Program-made: the position numbers and the translations under genes | In this document: piece after piece, positions 1 to 9,163 of the stretch | Layout of the letters: each line of letters begins with the position of its first letter | Numbering within the stretch: position 1 is the stretch's first letter | Notes under the pieces: model-generated | What the model was told of the DNA's origin: nothing | Databases searched by the model: none | What the model saw: only the letters and a program-made list of their open reading frames with translations | NCBI GenBank assembly: GCA_030141605.1 | Contig: JAQGDQ010002510.1 | Coordinates: 1-15,196 of the forward strand | Reading direction: 5' to 3' | Source: Tubiluchus corallicola | Lineage: Eukaryota; Animalia; Priapulida | Length of the DNA: 15,196 nucleotides

Positions 1-1
1 C

Positions 2-112
2 TCACAGCAAATATCCATAGAACAAGGAGCTAAATACACAGGAGCTTGTAAAGTAGGAGAAAAACCTAATCAAAAAACAACCGTTCCTGATAATGAAAAA
101 GAAAACAACTAA
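2..112 (+). CDS. 3' end of a bactofilin / polymer-forming cytoskeletal protein (5'-truncated by the window edge)
   Basis: Not in the ORF track. Frame 2 reads SQQISIEQGAKYTGACKVGEKPNQKTTVPDNEKENN*, with TAA at 110-112. ISIEQGAKYTGAC resembles the bactofilin C-terminal motif (lsIExGAxfxGxc). Overlaps the next ATG at 93. Confidence 0.65.
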   Translation, partial: SQQISIEQGAKYTGACKVGEKPNQKTTVPDNEKENN

Positions 113-311
113 TAACTTAAAAAAAGATATTAATACTTACTTAAAATACTCCACCATAGCATTTCAAATGATGGGAACTATTGTTATTGGAGTACTCGTA
201 GGAATAGCGATAGACAAATGGTTGGCAACAGGTTTTCCTATATTTACACTCATCCTTACAGTATCTTTTGTCATCCTGTCGATATACAATATCATTAAAG
301 ACCTTGTTTAA
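93..311 (+). CDS. AtpZ/AtpI family small membrane protein (ATP synthase gene 1-like)
   Basis: 72 aa with two hydrophobic helices and the pattern YSTIAFQMMGTIVIGVLVGIAIDKW...FPIFTLI; first gene of the atp cluster. Confidence 0.8.
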   Translation: MKKKTTNNLKKDINTYLKYSTIAFQMMGTIVIGVLVGIAIDKWLATGFPIFTLILTVSFVILSIYNIIKDLV

Positions 312-698
312 ATGGGAAAGTTCTTAATCAATATTTTCATCTTCACTGCAAGTATCTTTATTTTAGAAATAGTTTTATTCAAAGTCATATTTACTCAATA
401 CTATGTTCCTATTTATTTTTATCTGCCTATATTCTTAGGTATTGTAACCATTTTATCCCATTTTTTCTTGACCACGGCTCTTCACAAAAAAGCTGCTGTT
501 TTTATACGAAGGTTTATGATAGTTACTATTGTAAAACTATTGCTATATATAACTGTTTTTATTACATACATTTATTTCAACAAAGAACAAAAAATCTTAT
601 TTTCAATTACTTTTTTATTGCTTTATATTTTGTTCACATCTTTTGAAATAATATCTTTGCTTAAAATTATGAAAAAGAATACTCGTTTAAAGTTATGA
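312..698 (+). CDS. AtpI-like 4-TM membrane protein of the atp cluster
   Basis: 128 aa, about four TM segments, FIRRFM..KLL and F..LY..FT.FE patterns; abuts the upstream stop and overlaps the atpB start (ATGA). Confidence 0.7.
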   Translation: MGKFLINIFIFTASIFILEIVLFKVIFTQYYVPIYFYLPIFLGIVTILSHFFLTTALHKKAAVFIRRFMIVTIVKLLLYITVFITYIYFNKEQKILFSITFLLLYILFTSFEIISLLKIMKKNTRLKL

Positions 699-1746
699 TG
701 CTTAAACATACATTTTTTTACATATTTTTATTTCTTGTTATAACAGCACCTCTTAGTGCTGCTGAAAAAGGAAATGAAAAGTTCAATCCTGCCGCCTTTG
801 TACTAGACCATATAGGTGACGAACACGAGTGGCATATCGTTACTTGGCAAGGAAAACACATCAGTATACCTTTACCCGTAGTATTATATAGTAAGCACCA
901 AGGACTGAATGTTTTTATGTCCAGCAAACTTGCTCACGGACATTCTTATAAAAACTTTGAAATCGTACACGAAGGAGATAATAAAGGAAAGATAGTTGAA
1001 AAGCTACCAGACGGAACAATGGTTAAGCCTTTAGATTTATCTATTACTAAAAACGTAGCCGCACTTTTCGTTAGTCTTATACTTATAATGTTTATATTCT
1101 TCAGCATAGCAAGAGCCTACAAAAAAAGAGGGTTAAAAGCCCCAAGGGGGTTGCAGTCATTGCTCGAGCCTATTATCATCTTCGTAAGAGATAATATAGC
1201 CAAACCTGCCATAGGAGCAAAAAAGTTTGAAAAATTTATGCCTTTTTGTTAAGCATATTTTTCTTTATTTGGATAAACAATTTGATGGGGTTAGTACCCT
1301 TTCCTCCATTTGGAGCAAACCTTACAGGCAACATAGCAGTAACTCTAGTGTTAGCTCTATTCACATTTATAATAACAACAATCAATGGCAATAAAAACTA
1401 CTGGCAACACATTTTTAATCCTGCTGGCGTACCTTGGTGGCTCAAATACCCATTGCCACTCATCCCATTAATAGAGGTTGTAGGAATGTTGACCAAGCCC
1501 ATAGTTTTGATGATTCGTCTCTTTGCAAACATCACTGCTGGGCATATGGTTATATTAGTATTCATAAGTCTTATATTTATTTTCGGACAACTGAGCTCAA
1601 CAGCAGGTTATTCGGTAGCACCCATATCACTTATATTTTCGATATTTATGCTATGTTTAGAATTGCTGGTAGCAGTTATACAAGCATATGTATTTACTCT
1701 TCTATCTGCCATATATTTTGGTATGGCAACAGAAGAACACCATTAG
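695..1746 (+). CDS. atpB: F0F1 ATP synthase subunit a, interrupted by a 1-nt frameshift at ~1243-1247
   Basis: N-part 695-1252: HIGDEHEWH, IPLPV, DLSITKNV, PRGLQSLLEP. C-part 1246-1746: NNLMGLVP, NLTGNI, IRLFANITAGH (essential Arg), ELLVAVIQAYVF. Adding one T to the T5 run restores KFMPFLLSIFFFIW. Confidence 0.95.
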
Positions 1747-1766
1747 TATTAAATTAATAACTTTAA

Positions 1767-2042
<276 letters not shown>

Positions 2043-2061
2043 ACTGTTTTACTGACAGAGC

Positions 2062-2106
2062 CTCTCTTGTTTGTTGCCACACGCAAGAGGGTGTTTTGTT
2101 TTTTTG
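2062..2106 (+). terminator. Intra-operon hairpin plus U-rich tract between atpE and atpF
   Basis: CTCTCTTG (2062-2069) pairs with CAAGAGGG (2084-2091) with one G-U pair, extendable inward (TGT/ACA), followed by TGTTTTGTTTTTTT. Confidence 0.55.
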
Positions 2107-2122
2107 TTAAAAATTACAAATT

Positions 2123-2617
2123 ATGAGTCTTATTACACCAGACATAGGCTTAATGTTTTGGATGTTGTTATCTGTGTCCATAGTATTTTTTATCCTTAAA
2201 AAATTTGCTTGGAAGCCTATACTTTCTGCACTTAAAGACCGGGAAAATTCCATTTCTGAAGCTTTGCAATCAGCTGATAGTGCAAAAAAAGAAATGGAGC
2301 AGCTTACAGCTAAAAATCAAGAAATAATAAAAGAAGCTCAACTAGAAAGCAAAAATATATTAGATAAAGCCAAAGAAACTAAAGACAACATAATAGCAGA
2401 AGCTAAAAAAGCAGCTACCACAGAAAGCAACAAAATAATAGACAAAGCCAAAAGAGAAATTGAAGCAGAAAAAACTGCTGCCATAGAAGATATAAAGAAA
2501 GAAATAGCCAGTTTGTCAATAGATGTTGCAGAAAAAATATTACAAGAGAACCTATCTGATAATGATAAGCAAAAAAAGTTGATAAACAATCTGCTGAATA
2601 ATGTTAAACTTAACTAG
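2123..2617 (+). CDS. atpF: F0F1 ATP synthase subunit b
   Basis: MSLITPDIGLMFW, single TM, LKKFAWKPIL, then a long Ala/Glu/Lys coiled coil ending in AEKIL. Confidence 0.96.
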   Translation: MSLITPDIGLMFWMLLSVSIVFFILKKFAWKPILSALKDRENSISEALQSADSAKKEMEQLTAKNQEIIKEAQLESKNILDKAKETKDNIIAEAKKAATTESNKIIDKAKREIEAEKTAAIEDIKKEIASLSIDVAEKILQENLSDNDKQKKLINNLLNNVKLN

Positions 2618-2682
2618 GAGTAGTTCATTGTAAGCAAAGTTGTTGTTTCTTTAAACTTTCGTTTAAAATAAAATATAAGGTT

Positions 2683-3564
2683 ATGAAAGCATTTGTGTTT
2701 CCAGGACAAGGTAGTCAGTTTTCAGGTATGGGTAAGGATTTGTATAACAACGATCCTAAATCAAAGAGTCTATTTGAGCAAGCAAATGATATTTTAGGTT
2801 TCAATATCACAGATATAATGTTCAACGGTTCTGCGGATGATCTGAAACAAACAAAAGTAACGCAACCTGCTGTGTTTCTTCACTCTGTAATTACCGCAAA
2901 GGCACTAAATACTGATGTAAAGCCTGATATGGTAGCAGGACATTCGTTGGGAGAGTTTTCAGCCTTGGTAGTTAATGGAACACTTTCGTTTAAAGACGGT
3001 TTAAAGTTAGTATCAGCTCGTGCCTTAGCGATGCAAAAAGCATGCGAAAAAACTCCCTCTACAATGGCAGCAATTATAGGAATGGAGGATGATAAAGTAG
3101 CGGAAATATGTAAGGAAATTTCAGAGGAGGTTGTTGTGCCTGCTAACTTTAATTGCCCTGGACAGATAGTTATATCTGGTTCTATAAAGGGTATAGATAT
3201 AGCAATGGAAAAATTGCAAAAAGCAGGTGCAAAAAAGATGGTGAAACTGCCTGTAGGAGGAGCATTTCACTCTCCACTAATGGAACCAGCAAAAATAGAG
3301 TTAGAAGCAGCTATTAACAATACAGAGTTTCAAGTACCAAATTGCCCTGTATATCAAAATGTAAATAGCAAGCCAAGCTCTAATCCTACGGAAATTAAAA
3401 AGAATTTGATTTTACAGTTGACTGGAGCTGTACTGTGGACACAAACAGTCCAAAACATGGTGGCAGATGGTTGCTTATCGTTTGCAGAATTGGGGCCTGG
3501 CAAAGTTTTACAAGGACTTATAAAAAAAATAGACCGAAGTGTAGAGGTTTTAGACTTAACCTAA
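2683..3564 (+). CDS. fabD: Malonyl-CoA:ACP transacylase
   Basis: FPGQGSQ, TQPA, GHSLGE (catalytic Ser), NFNCPGQIVISG, GAFHS, ELGPGKVL. Confidence 0.97.
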   Translation: MKAFVFPGQGSQFSGMGKDLYNNDPKSKSLFEQANDILGFNITDIMFNGSADDLKQTKVTQPAVFLHSVITAKALNTDVKPDMVAGHSLGEFSALVVNGTLSFKDGLKLVSARALAMQKACEKTPSTMAAIIGMEDDKVAEICKEISEEVVVPANFNCPGQIVISGSIKGIDIAMEKLQKAGAKKMVKLPVGGAFHSPLMEPAKIELEAAINNTEFQVPNCPVYQNVNSKPSSNPTEIKKNLILQLTGAVLWTQTVQNMVADGCLSFAELGPGKVLQGLIKKIDRSVEVLDLT

Positions 3565-3630
3565 TGATTAAGCATAAAACTATAAAAAAAAACAGCACTT
3601 AGTTACACCTTTTGAAACCTCGTTTAATAC

Positions 3631-4752
3631 TTAAACTTTTACTATTCTTCCTCGCCAATGATAAGTATTAAAGCTATTTAAAAACAAAATCAAACAAACA
3701 TAAAAAACATATATAAACTGAAATACAGGGAAAAAAAGCAATAATCGTTTATTAATCTGTAAAAACTTTATTCCACTCCACAATAGCATAAAATCTATTA
3801 TGCATTTTATGGCAAATAATAAACCAAAGTAGCTCAAACAAATAGGGAAGAAAATAGACAGTACAAGTAAAAACATTAATTTTAAATTCATCACACTTAC
3901 TACACTCCCTACTAATAAGCTATCTTTGTCTTGGTAAAATTTTACTTTAGATGCCCACCTTACTCGTTGGTGAAGGAATGTTTTCAAGTTACTACAAGCT
4001 TGTGTTTGCACAATAGCAGTAGTAGACTTTAAAAAAGTGATTTTTTTTCTGTTTTTTTCTTTTACACTATGCAAAAGAAAAATATCGTCGCCTGACTGTA
4101 TTTCTTTTTTTAATGGATTATTCAACTTTATAAAGGTTTCTCGCTTAAAACCTAAATTAGCCGCATTACACGTTATAGGTCGCCCTAAGCCTATTGCTCC
4201 ACCGGTGGAAACTAATATGCCTGCAAATTCTATCGTCTGAAACCAGCTCAAGAAGTTACCCCCAACCAAATAAATAGGTGCTACTATCACCGAAGGTTTT
4301 TTTTCTGAATATATGCTGCAAAAATTTTGTAACCAAAATTTTCCTACTCTACAGTCAGCATCTGTGGTAACAATAAGTTCATTTTTTGCATACTGAATTC
4401 CATTTATAATGGCTTCTTTTTTGCCTTTCTGACTCTGTGAAAGTTTTAATAGGGTAACATTTTTATATTTTTTTTTGTGTGTGTATATTTTATTATAAGT
4501 ATTGTCGGTAGAATGATCGTCAGTGATGATTATTTCGTAACAACTATTGGGATAAGTTTGTAGTTGTAAATCATTCAACAGGTTTAATATGTTCTTCTCT
4601 TCATTCCTTGTGGCTATTATTACTGATATTTTAATGTGCTTTTGTGGAGAAATACTTGAAATAGGAGTCAGCTTTTGCCAGCCTATAATAAGTAAAACTA
4701 TAATAATTGTATAAGCTATACCTATAAGAACTACAAGTGAGGCAAATAACAT
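3631..4752 (-). CDS. Membrane-anchored family 2 glycosyltransferase
   Basis: ISVIIATRNEE, DDHSTD, GKK, TDAD (DxD), GDD, QRVRW (QxxRW); N- and C-terminal TM helices. Confidence 0.92.
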   Translation of the reverse strand: MLFASLVVLIGIAYTIIIVLLIIGWQKLTPISSISPQKHIKISVIIATRNEEKNILNLLNDLQLQTYPNSCYEIIITDDHSTDNTYNKIYTHKKKYKNVTLLKLSQSQKGKKEAIINGIQYAKNELIVTTDADCRVGKFWLQNFCSIYSEKKPSVIVAPIYLVGGNFLSWFQTIEFAGILVSTGGAIGLGRPITCNAANLGFKRETFIKLNNPLKKEIQSGDDIFLLHSVKEKNRKKITFLKSTTAIVQTQACSNLKTFLHQRVRWASKVKFYQDKDSLLVGSVVSVMNLKLMFLLVLSIFFPICLSYFGLLFAIKCIIDFMLLWSGIKFLQINKRLLLFFPVFQFIYVFYVCLILFLNSFNTYHWRGRIVKV

Positions 4753-4822
4753 TAGTTAAATTTTTAAATGCTTTTGTGGGTTTATTGTTTATTAAAAAGG
4801 TATGGCAGCTTTTTGTGTTATT

Positions 4823-6211
4823 CTAGGTTTTTATACTCCTGTGTTTTTTATAACGTGCTTTGAAAGATTTTTTTATTTCAGGTAGATTTCTTTTATTTCC
4901 CCAGTACTTTTTAAAAAATAGTTGAAATAAGAAATTTCTTAATGTTATAGGTATAATATTTATCAAATATTTTTTTGTAAGCAGGCTTTTAAATAGTTTT
5001 ATTCCCTTTCCCCAGTTTTTAGAGTATAGTTCCTGTTCTACTGTCTTTCTTCTATTTACAAGTAGTAGTTTGTGTAGGTTTATTTGTACAGGACATTTTT
5101 CTGTGCACTTTCCACATAGTGAACAAGCATAATTTAAATGGTTGTAATCCTCCATATTTTTGAGATATGGGGTAATAATTGAACCTATGGGGCCTGTGTA
5201 GACTGTATTATAAGTATGTCCTCCCACATTCTCATAAACAGGACAAGCATTAAGACAAGCTCCGCATCGAATACAAGCAAGAGATTCTTTAAGTTCTATG
5301 TCATTATATATATTGGTTCTTCCATTGTCTAAAAGTATAACATACATTTTTTCTACACCATCTGTTTCTTTTTTTCTTTTGGGACCAAAGAAAAGACTAT
5401 TGTATACTGTAATATTTTGTCCTGTACCGTGTGCTGCCAAAATGGGCAATAAAGTGGATAAATCTTTGATAGAAGATATTGCTTTTTCTATACCTACTAT
5501 AGCTATATGTATTTTTGAAAGAGAGTTAGCTAACAGAGCATTTCCTTCGTTTTCAGTAATAGATACAGCTCCTACATCAGATACAAGAAAATTACCTCCT
5601 GTGATAGATACTGTGTTTTTTTCAAATTGTTTTCGTAGTTTTTTTCTCACAAACTTAGTTATATCTTCAGGCGTAGAGTCTTCTGGTATATTAAATTTCT
5701 TTTTAAACAATTCTTTTATATCTTCCTTTGACTTATGCATTGCAGGAGTTACTATATGATAAGGTTTTTCATCGGCAACCTGCACTATAAATTCACCCAA
5801 GTCTGTTTCTGTAACTTCTATTCCTGATTCTTTTAGTCTTTCATTAAGTTCAATTTCTTCAGAAATCATAGATTTACTTTTAAGCACTTGCTTTACCTTG
5901 TTGTCTTTTATAATGTCTTTTACGTGCTTTACTGCTTGATGAGCATCATCTGCCCAAAGAATTTTTCCTCCATTTTTTGTAAAATTTTTCTCAAACAATA
6001 ATAAACATTCATCTAATTTATTTATAGCTTTATTTCTTATATATGAAGCTCTATCTTTTCCTATTTGAATATTTTTATAAAACTTTCTACCTTTTTCTAC
6101 CGCATTATTGTATTTAGACATATTAAATTTTAATATTTTTCTATGCTTAATATCAAATGCAATTTTGTTTGAGTCAAAAATAAATTTATTGTACTTACTT
6201 TTAGTAGTCAT
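4823..6211 (-). CDS. lutB: LutB/LldF-family lactate-utilisation iron-sulfur protein
   Basis: KSKSMISEE, ETDLGEFIVQ, PYHIVTPAMH, ENEGN, LDNGR, and two ferredoxin motifs CIRCGACLNACP and CSLCGKCTEKCP. Confidence 0.9.
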   Translation of the reverse strand: MTTKSKYNKFIFDSNKIAFDIKHRKILKFNMSKYNNAVEKGRKFYKNIQIGKDRASYIRNKAINKLDECLLLFEKNFTKNGGKILWADDAHQAVKHVKDIIKDNKVKQVLKSKSMISEEIELNERLKESGIEVTETDLGEFIVQVADEKPYHIVTPAMHKSKEDIKELFKKKFNIPEDSTPEDITKFVRKKLRKQFEKNTVSITGGNFLVSDVGAVSITENEGNALLANSLSKIHIAIVGIEKAISSIKDLSTLLPILAAHGTGQNITVYNSLFFGPKRKKETDGVEKMYVILLDNGRTNIYNDIELKESLACIRCGACLNACPVYENVGGHTYNTVYTGPIGSIITPYLKNMEDYNHLNYACSLCGKCTEKCPVQINLHKLLLVNRRKTVEQELYSKNWGKGIKLFKSLLTKKYLINIIPITLRNFLFQLFFKKYWGNKRNLPEIKKSFKARYKKHRSIKT

Positions 6212-6280
6212 TTTTAATTAAATTATGGATAATCATATTTTAAATAGTACTTAAAAAAATATAATTTTGTTCATTATAAT

Positions 6281-6721
6281 TTACTTTATAGCTATTTTTT
6301 CTACTCTTTTTATATGTCTTCCGCCTTCAAAGTCTTCTTTTAAAAACTTTTTTACTATTTCCAATGATTCTTCTTCACTTACAAACCTTGCTGGTATAGA
6401 GCACACATTAGCATTGTTGTGCTGGCGTGCTAATTCTGCTATTTCCACATTCCAACATAAAGCAGCTCTTACGCTTTTGTACTTATTTACCGTCATATTA
6501 ACTCCATTCCCACTTCCACAAAAAATTATACCAAATTGGTATTCTCCACTTTCTATAGCTTTTGCCAATTTATGTGCATAATCTGGATAATCGCAGGGTG
6601 TATTAGAAAAAACACCAAAATCTTTTATTTTGGTGTTTTGTAGTGCAATATGATTTTTTACATATTCTTTTATCTCATATCCTGCATGATCAGACGAAAA
6701 AGCAAGTGACGTAATATTCAT
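6281..6721 (-). CDS. rpiB: Ribose-5-phosphate isomerase B
   Basis: SDHAG, DYPD, CGSGNG, ARQHNNAN, FEGGRH. Confidence 0.96.
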   Translation of the reverse strand: MNITSLAFSSDHAGYEIKEYVKNHIALQNTKIKDFGVFSNTPCDYPDYAHKLAKAIESGEYQFGIIFCGSGNGVNMTVNKYKSVRAALCWNVEIAELARQHNNANVCSIPARFVSEEESLEIVKKFLKEDFEGGRHIKRVEKIAIK

Positions 6722-7112
6722 AAATAAAAAACTTATAAAGTGTTAATAATTCAACTATTTATTTTAAAAAATATATTTGGTTTATTATAAGATGATATTC
6801 TTTTATTAAAAAAAAAGTTATTACAAAATTTATTTCTTATTTTAAACCATATTTTATTTAACATAAATACAACTATTTATAAACAGGTATTAAATAAAAA
6901 ATTATTAATAATCATTGTTTTCAACAATTGTTTACTTTTGTTTAAAATAAACAGTTTATAAAATAAAACACTGTTAATTATTTATTGATAAACTAAATAT
7001 TTTAAAAATAAAAACAAATTTAAAACAATTTATAAATAATATAAACAACACATAATAATCATTATATATTATTAAGTTATAAATTAATATATAATATTAT
7101 GTGTTTAAAACA
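6722..7112. other. Very AT-rich divergent intergenic region, candidate replication origin (oriC)
   Basis: Cluster of TTWTMAAYA-like 9-mers on both strands: TGTTAATAA 6741, TTATAAACA 6877, TTTTCAACA 6918, TGTTTAAAA 6939 and 7102, TATTGATAA 6983, TTATAAATA 7030, ATATAAACA 7039. Flanking genes diverge. No perfect TTATCCACA. Confidence 0.5.
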
Positions 7113-7120
7113 TACATTTG
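7113..7120 (+). promoter_or_regulatory. Bacteroidota housekeeping promoter -7 element (TAnnTTTG) for ruvB
   Basis: TACATTTG is an exact consensus match ending 9 nt before the ATG at 7130; no clear -33 TTTG. Confidence 0.55.
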
Positions 7121-7129
7121 TCTTTATTT

Positions 7130-8155
7130 ATGCAATCTGATAGTTTTAATATTAGGAATAATAATCTTTCTTTAAAAGATGAAGAATATGATAAGAAAAT
7201 AAGACCATTAAATTTTAATGATTTTAATGGTCAAAAAAAGATTTTAGAAAATTTAGAAATATTTGTAGAAGCTACTAAAATAAGAAAAGAGGCTTTAGAT
7301 CACTTATTGTTACACGGGCCTCCCGGGTTAGGAAAAACTACATTGGCAAATGTTGTAGCAAACGAATTAGGAGTAAATATAAAAGTGACTTCTGGACCTG
7401 TTTTAGATAAGCCGGGAGACTTAGCAGGTATTCTTACTAGTTTAGAGGAGAAAGATGTGTTGTTTATAGATGAGATACACAGATTAAGTCCTTTGGTAGA
7501 AGAATATCTTTACTCTGCAATGGAGGATTATAAAATAGATTTACTGATAGATAAAGGACCAAGTGCAAGGTCGGTTCAATTGGAATTAAGTTCTTTTACG
7601 CTTATAGGTGCTACTACAAGAGCAGGTTTACTTACAAGTCCTCTAAGAGCAAGATTTGGTATTAACTTTCATTTAGAGTATTATGATGTAGAAACTATGA
7701 GAGATATAGTGAGTAGGTCTTCTAAAATATTGAATATAGAAATATCGGAGGATGCTGCTTACGAAATAGCTTCTAGAAGTAGGGGAACGCCAAGGATAGC
7801 AAATGCACTTTTACGAAGAGTGAGAGATTATGCGCAAGTAAAAGGTAGTGGAAAAATAGATTTGAAGATAACAAAGTATTCTCTTGAGGCTTTAAATATA
7901 GATAAGTATGGTTTAGATCAAATGGATAATAAAATATTAACAACAGTAATAGATAAATTTAATGGAGGGCCTGTGGGATTATCTACCATATCTACTGCTG
8001 TTTCGGAGGATACGGGTACTGTAGAAGAGGTATATGAGCCTTTTTTAATTAAAGAAGGTTTTTTAAAAAGAACGCAAAGAGGAAGAGAAGTTACCAATAA
8101 AGCATATGAACATTTAGGTAAAAAGAGACATAACAATTCAGATACACTATTCTAG
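7130..8155 (+). CDS. ruvB: Holliday junction branch-migration helicase RuvB
   Basis: [12 protein letters not shown] (Walker A), FIDEIHR (Walker B), [27 protein letters not shown]. Start moved from the track's TTG 7118, which lies inside the promoter motif, to ATG 7130. Confidence 0.97.
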   Translation: MQSDSFNIRNNNLSLKDEEYDKKIRPLNFNDFNGQKKILENLEIFVEATKIRKEALDHLLLHGPPGLGKTTLANVVANELGVNIKVTSGPVLDKPGDLAGILTSLEEKDVLFIDEIHRLSPLVEEYLYSAMEDYKIDLLIDKGPSARSVQLELSSFTLIGATTRAGLLTSPLRARFGINFHLEYYDVETMRDIVSRSSKILNIEISEDAAYEIASRSRGTPRIANALLRRVRDYAQVKGSGKIDLKITKYSLEALNIDKYGLDQMDNKILTTVIDKFNGGPVGLSTISTAVSEDTGTVEEVYEPFLIKEGFLKRTQRGREVTNKAYEHLGKKRHNNSDTLF

Positions 8156-8161
8156 TTTTTT

Positions 8162-9154
8162 ATGAAAAAAAGAATAATAAACATAGTAAAAATAGCTACT
8201 TTTCTAATAATAGGTATTTTTCTTTTTTGGTTGGTATATAAGGATATAAGTGTAGAAGAGTTAACTGATGTAATAGAGCAAGATATACAATATAGATGGA
8301 TTTTTGCAGCTGTAATTATTGGTATATTAAGCCATGTGGCAAGAGCAGTGCGCTGGATACAACTAATAGAACCCTTAGGTAAAAAAGCTAATTACATAAA
8401 TAGTTTCTTTGCTATTATGATAGGATATTTTGTTAATTTGGCAGTACCACGTATGGGAGAGGTAACAAGATGTGGAGTAATGAATAGGTATGAAGAAGTA
8501 TCCTTTACTAAACTTGTAGGTACAGTAGTTTTAGAAAGATTGATAGATATAATTATTTTATTATTAATTACCTTAGGCATTTTAATTACTCAGTGGAATT
8601 TTTTTATTAATTTTTTGAATGAAAATCCCGAAATAGAAGAAAAATTAGCTATTATATCCAATTATAGAGTAGTAATATTACTTTTATTATTAATGCTTGT
8701 TTTAGGCTTCGTATTAGCTAAAAAAACAAAATATGGTGATAAGATAAAGGAAGTTGTAAAAAGGTTCTTAGAAGGAGTAAAATCGATAAAAAAAGTAAAA
8801 AATAAATTTCTATTCATTGTTTATTCTTTATCCATTTGGTTTTTATATTTTATGTCTTTTTATTGTATTTTTTTAGGTTTTAATCAGTTACGTGATATAA
8901 ATATTATAGTAGGTCTTACAGCTTTTGTAATGGCAAGTTTTGGTATGGTAGCACCTGTCCAAGGAGGTATAGGTGCGTGGCACTTTATGATAATAGCTAC
9001 GCTTACTATTTATTTAAGGGATATGGAAAATATAGACGTTGTATCAAGAGCCTTTGCTTTTATTTCTCACTCTTTTATGACTATAATGCTGATAATAATA
9101 GGGTTTACTTCAATGATGCTATTGCCTATTTACAATAGAGGATATAAGAGGTAG
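8162..9154 (+). CDS. Lysylphosphatidylglycerol-synthase TM / flippase-like (UPF0104, YbhN) membrane protein
   Basis: RAVRW, GYFVNLAVPRMGEVTR, GTVVLER, APVQGGIGAWH; multiple TM helices. Confidence 0.85.
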   Translation: MKKRIINIVKIATFLIIGIFLFWLVYKDISVEELTDVIEQDIQYRWIFAAVIIGILSHVARAVRWIQLIEPLGKKANYINSFFAIMIGYFVNLAVPRMGEVTRCGVMNRYEEVSFTKLVGTVVLERLIDIIILLLITLGILITQWNFFINFLNENPEIEEKLAIISNYRVVILLLLLMLVLGFVLAKKTKYGDKIKEVVKRFLEGVKSIKKVKNKFLFIVYSLSIWFLYFMSFYCIFLGFNQLRDINIIVGLTAFVMASFGMVAPVQGGIGAWHFMIIATLTIYLRDMENIDVVSRAFAFISHSFMTIMLIIIGFTSMMLLPIYNRGYKR

Positions 9155-9163
9155 TTATTTCAT

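Noticed and set aside
1219-1230. In-phase A_AAA_AAG slippery heptamer just before the atpB break, as a programmed -1 frameshift site
   Set aside because: A -1 shift there meets TGA at 1228-1230 immediately, so it cannot join the two atpB halves.
4803-4816. Second sigma54-like motif TGGCAGCTTTTTGT
   Set aside because: Spacing is one base short of the strict -24/-12 distance, and it points antisense into lutB.
6772-7022. Additional TAnnTTTG matches (plus 6772-6779, minus 7015-7022; also plus 13845-13852)
   Set aside because: Far from any matching start codon, without clear -33 elements, and expected by chance in such AT-rich DNA.
7049-7105. dif/Xer site suggested by CATAAT and TATTATGT
   Set aside because: The two half-site-like strings are about 37 bp apart rather than 6 bp, and TTATGTTAAA is not matched.
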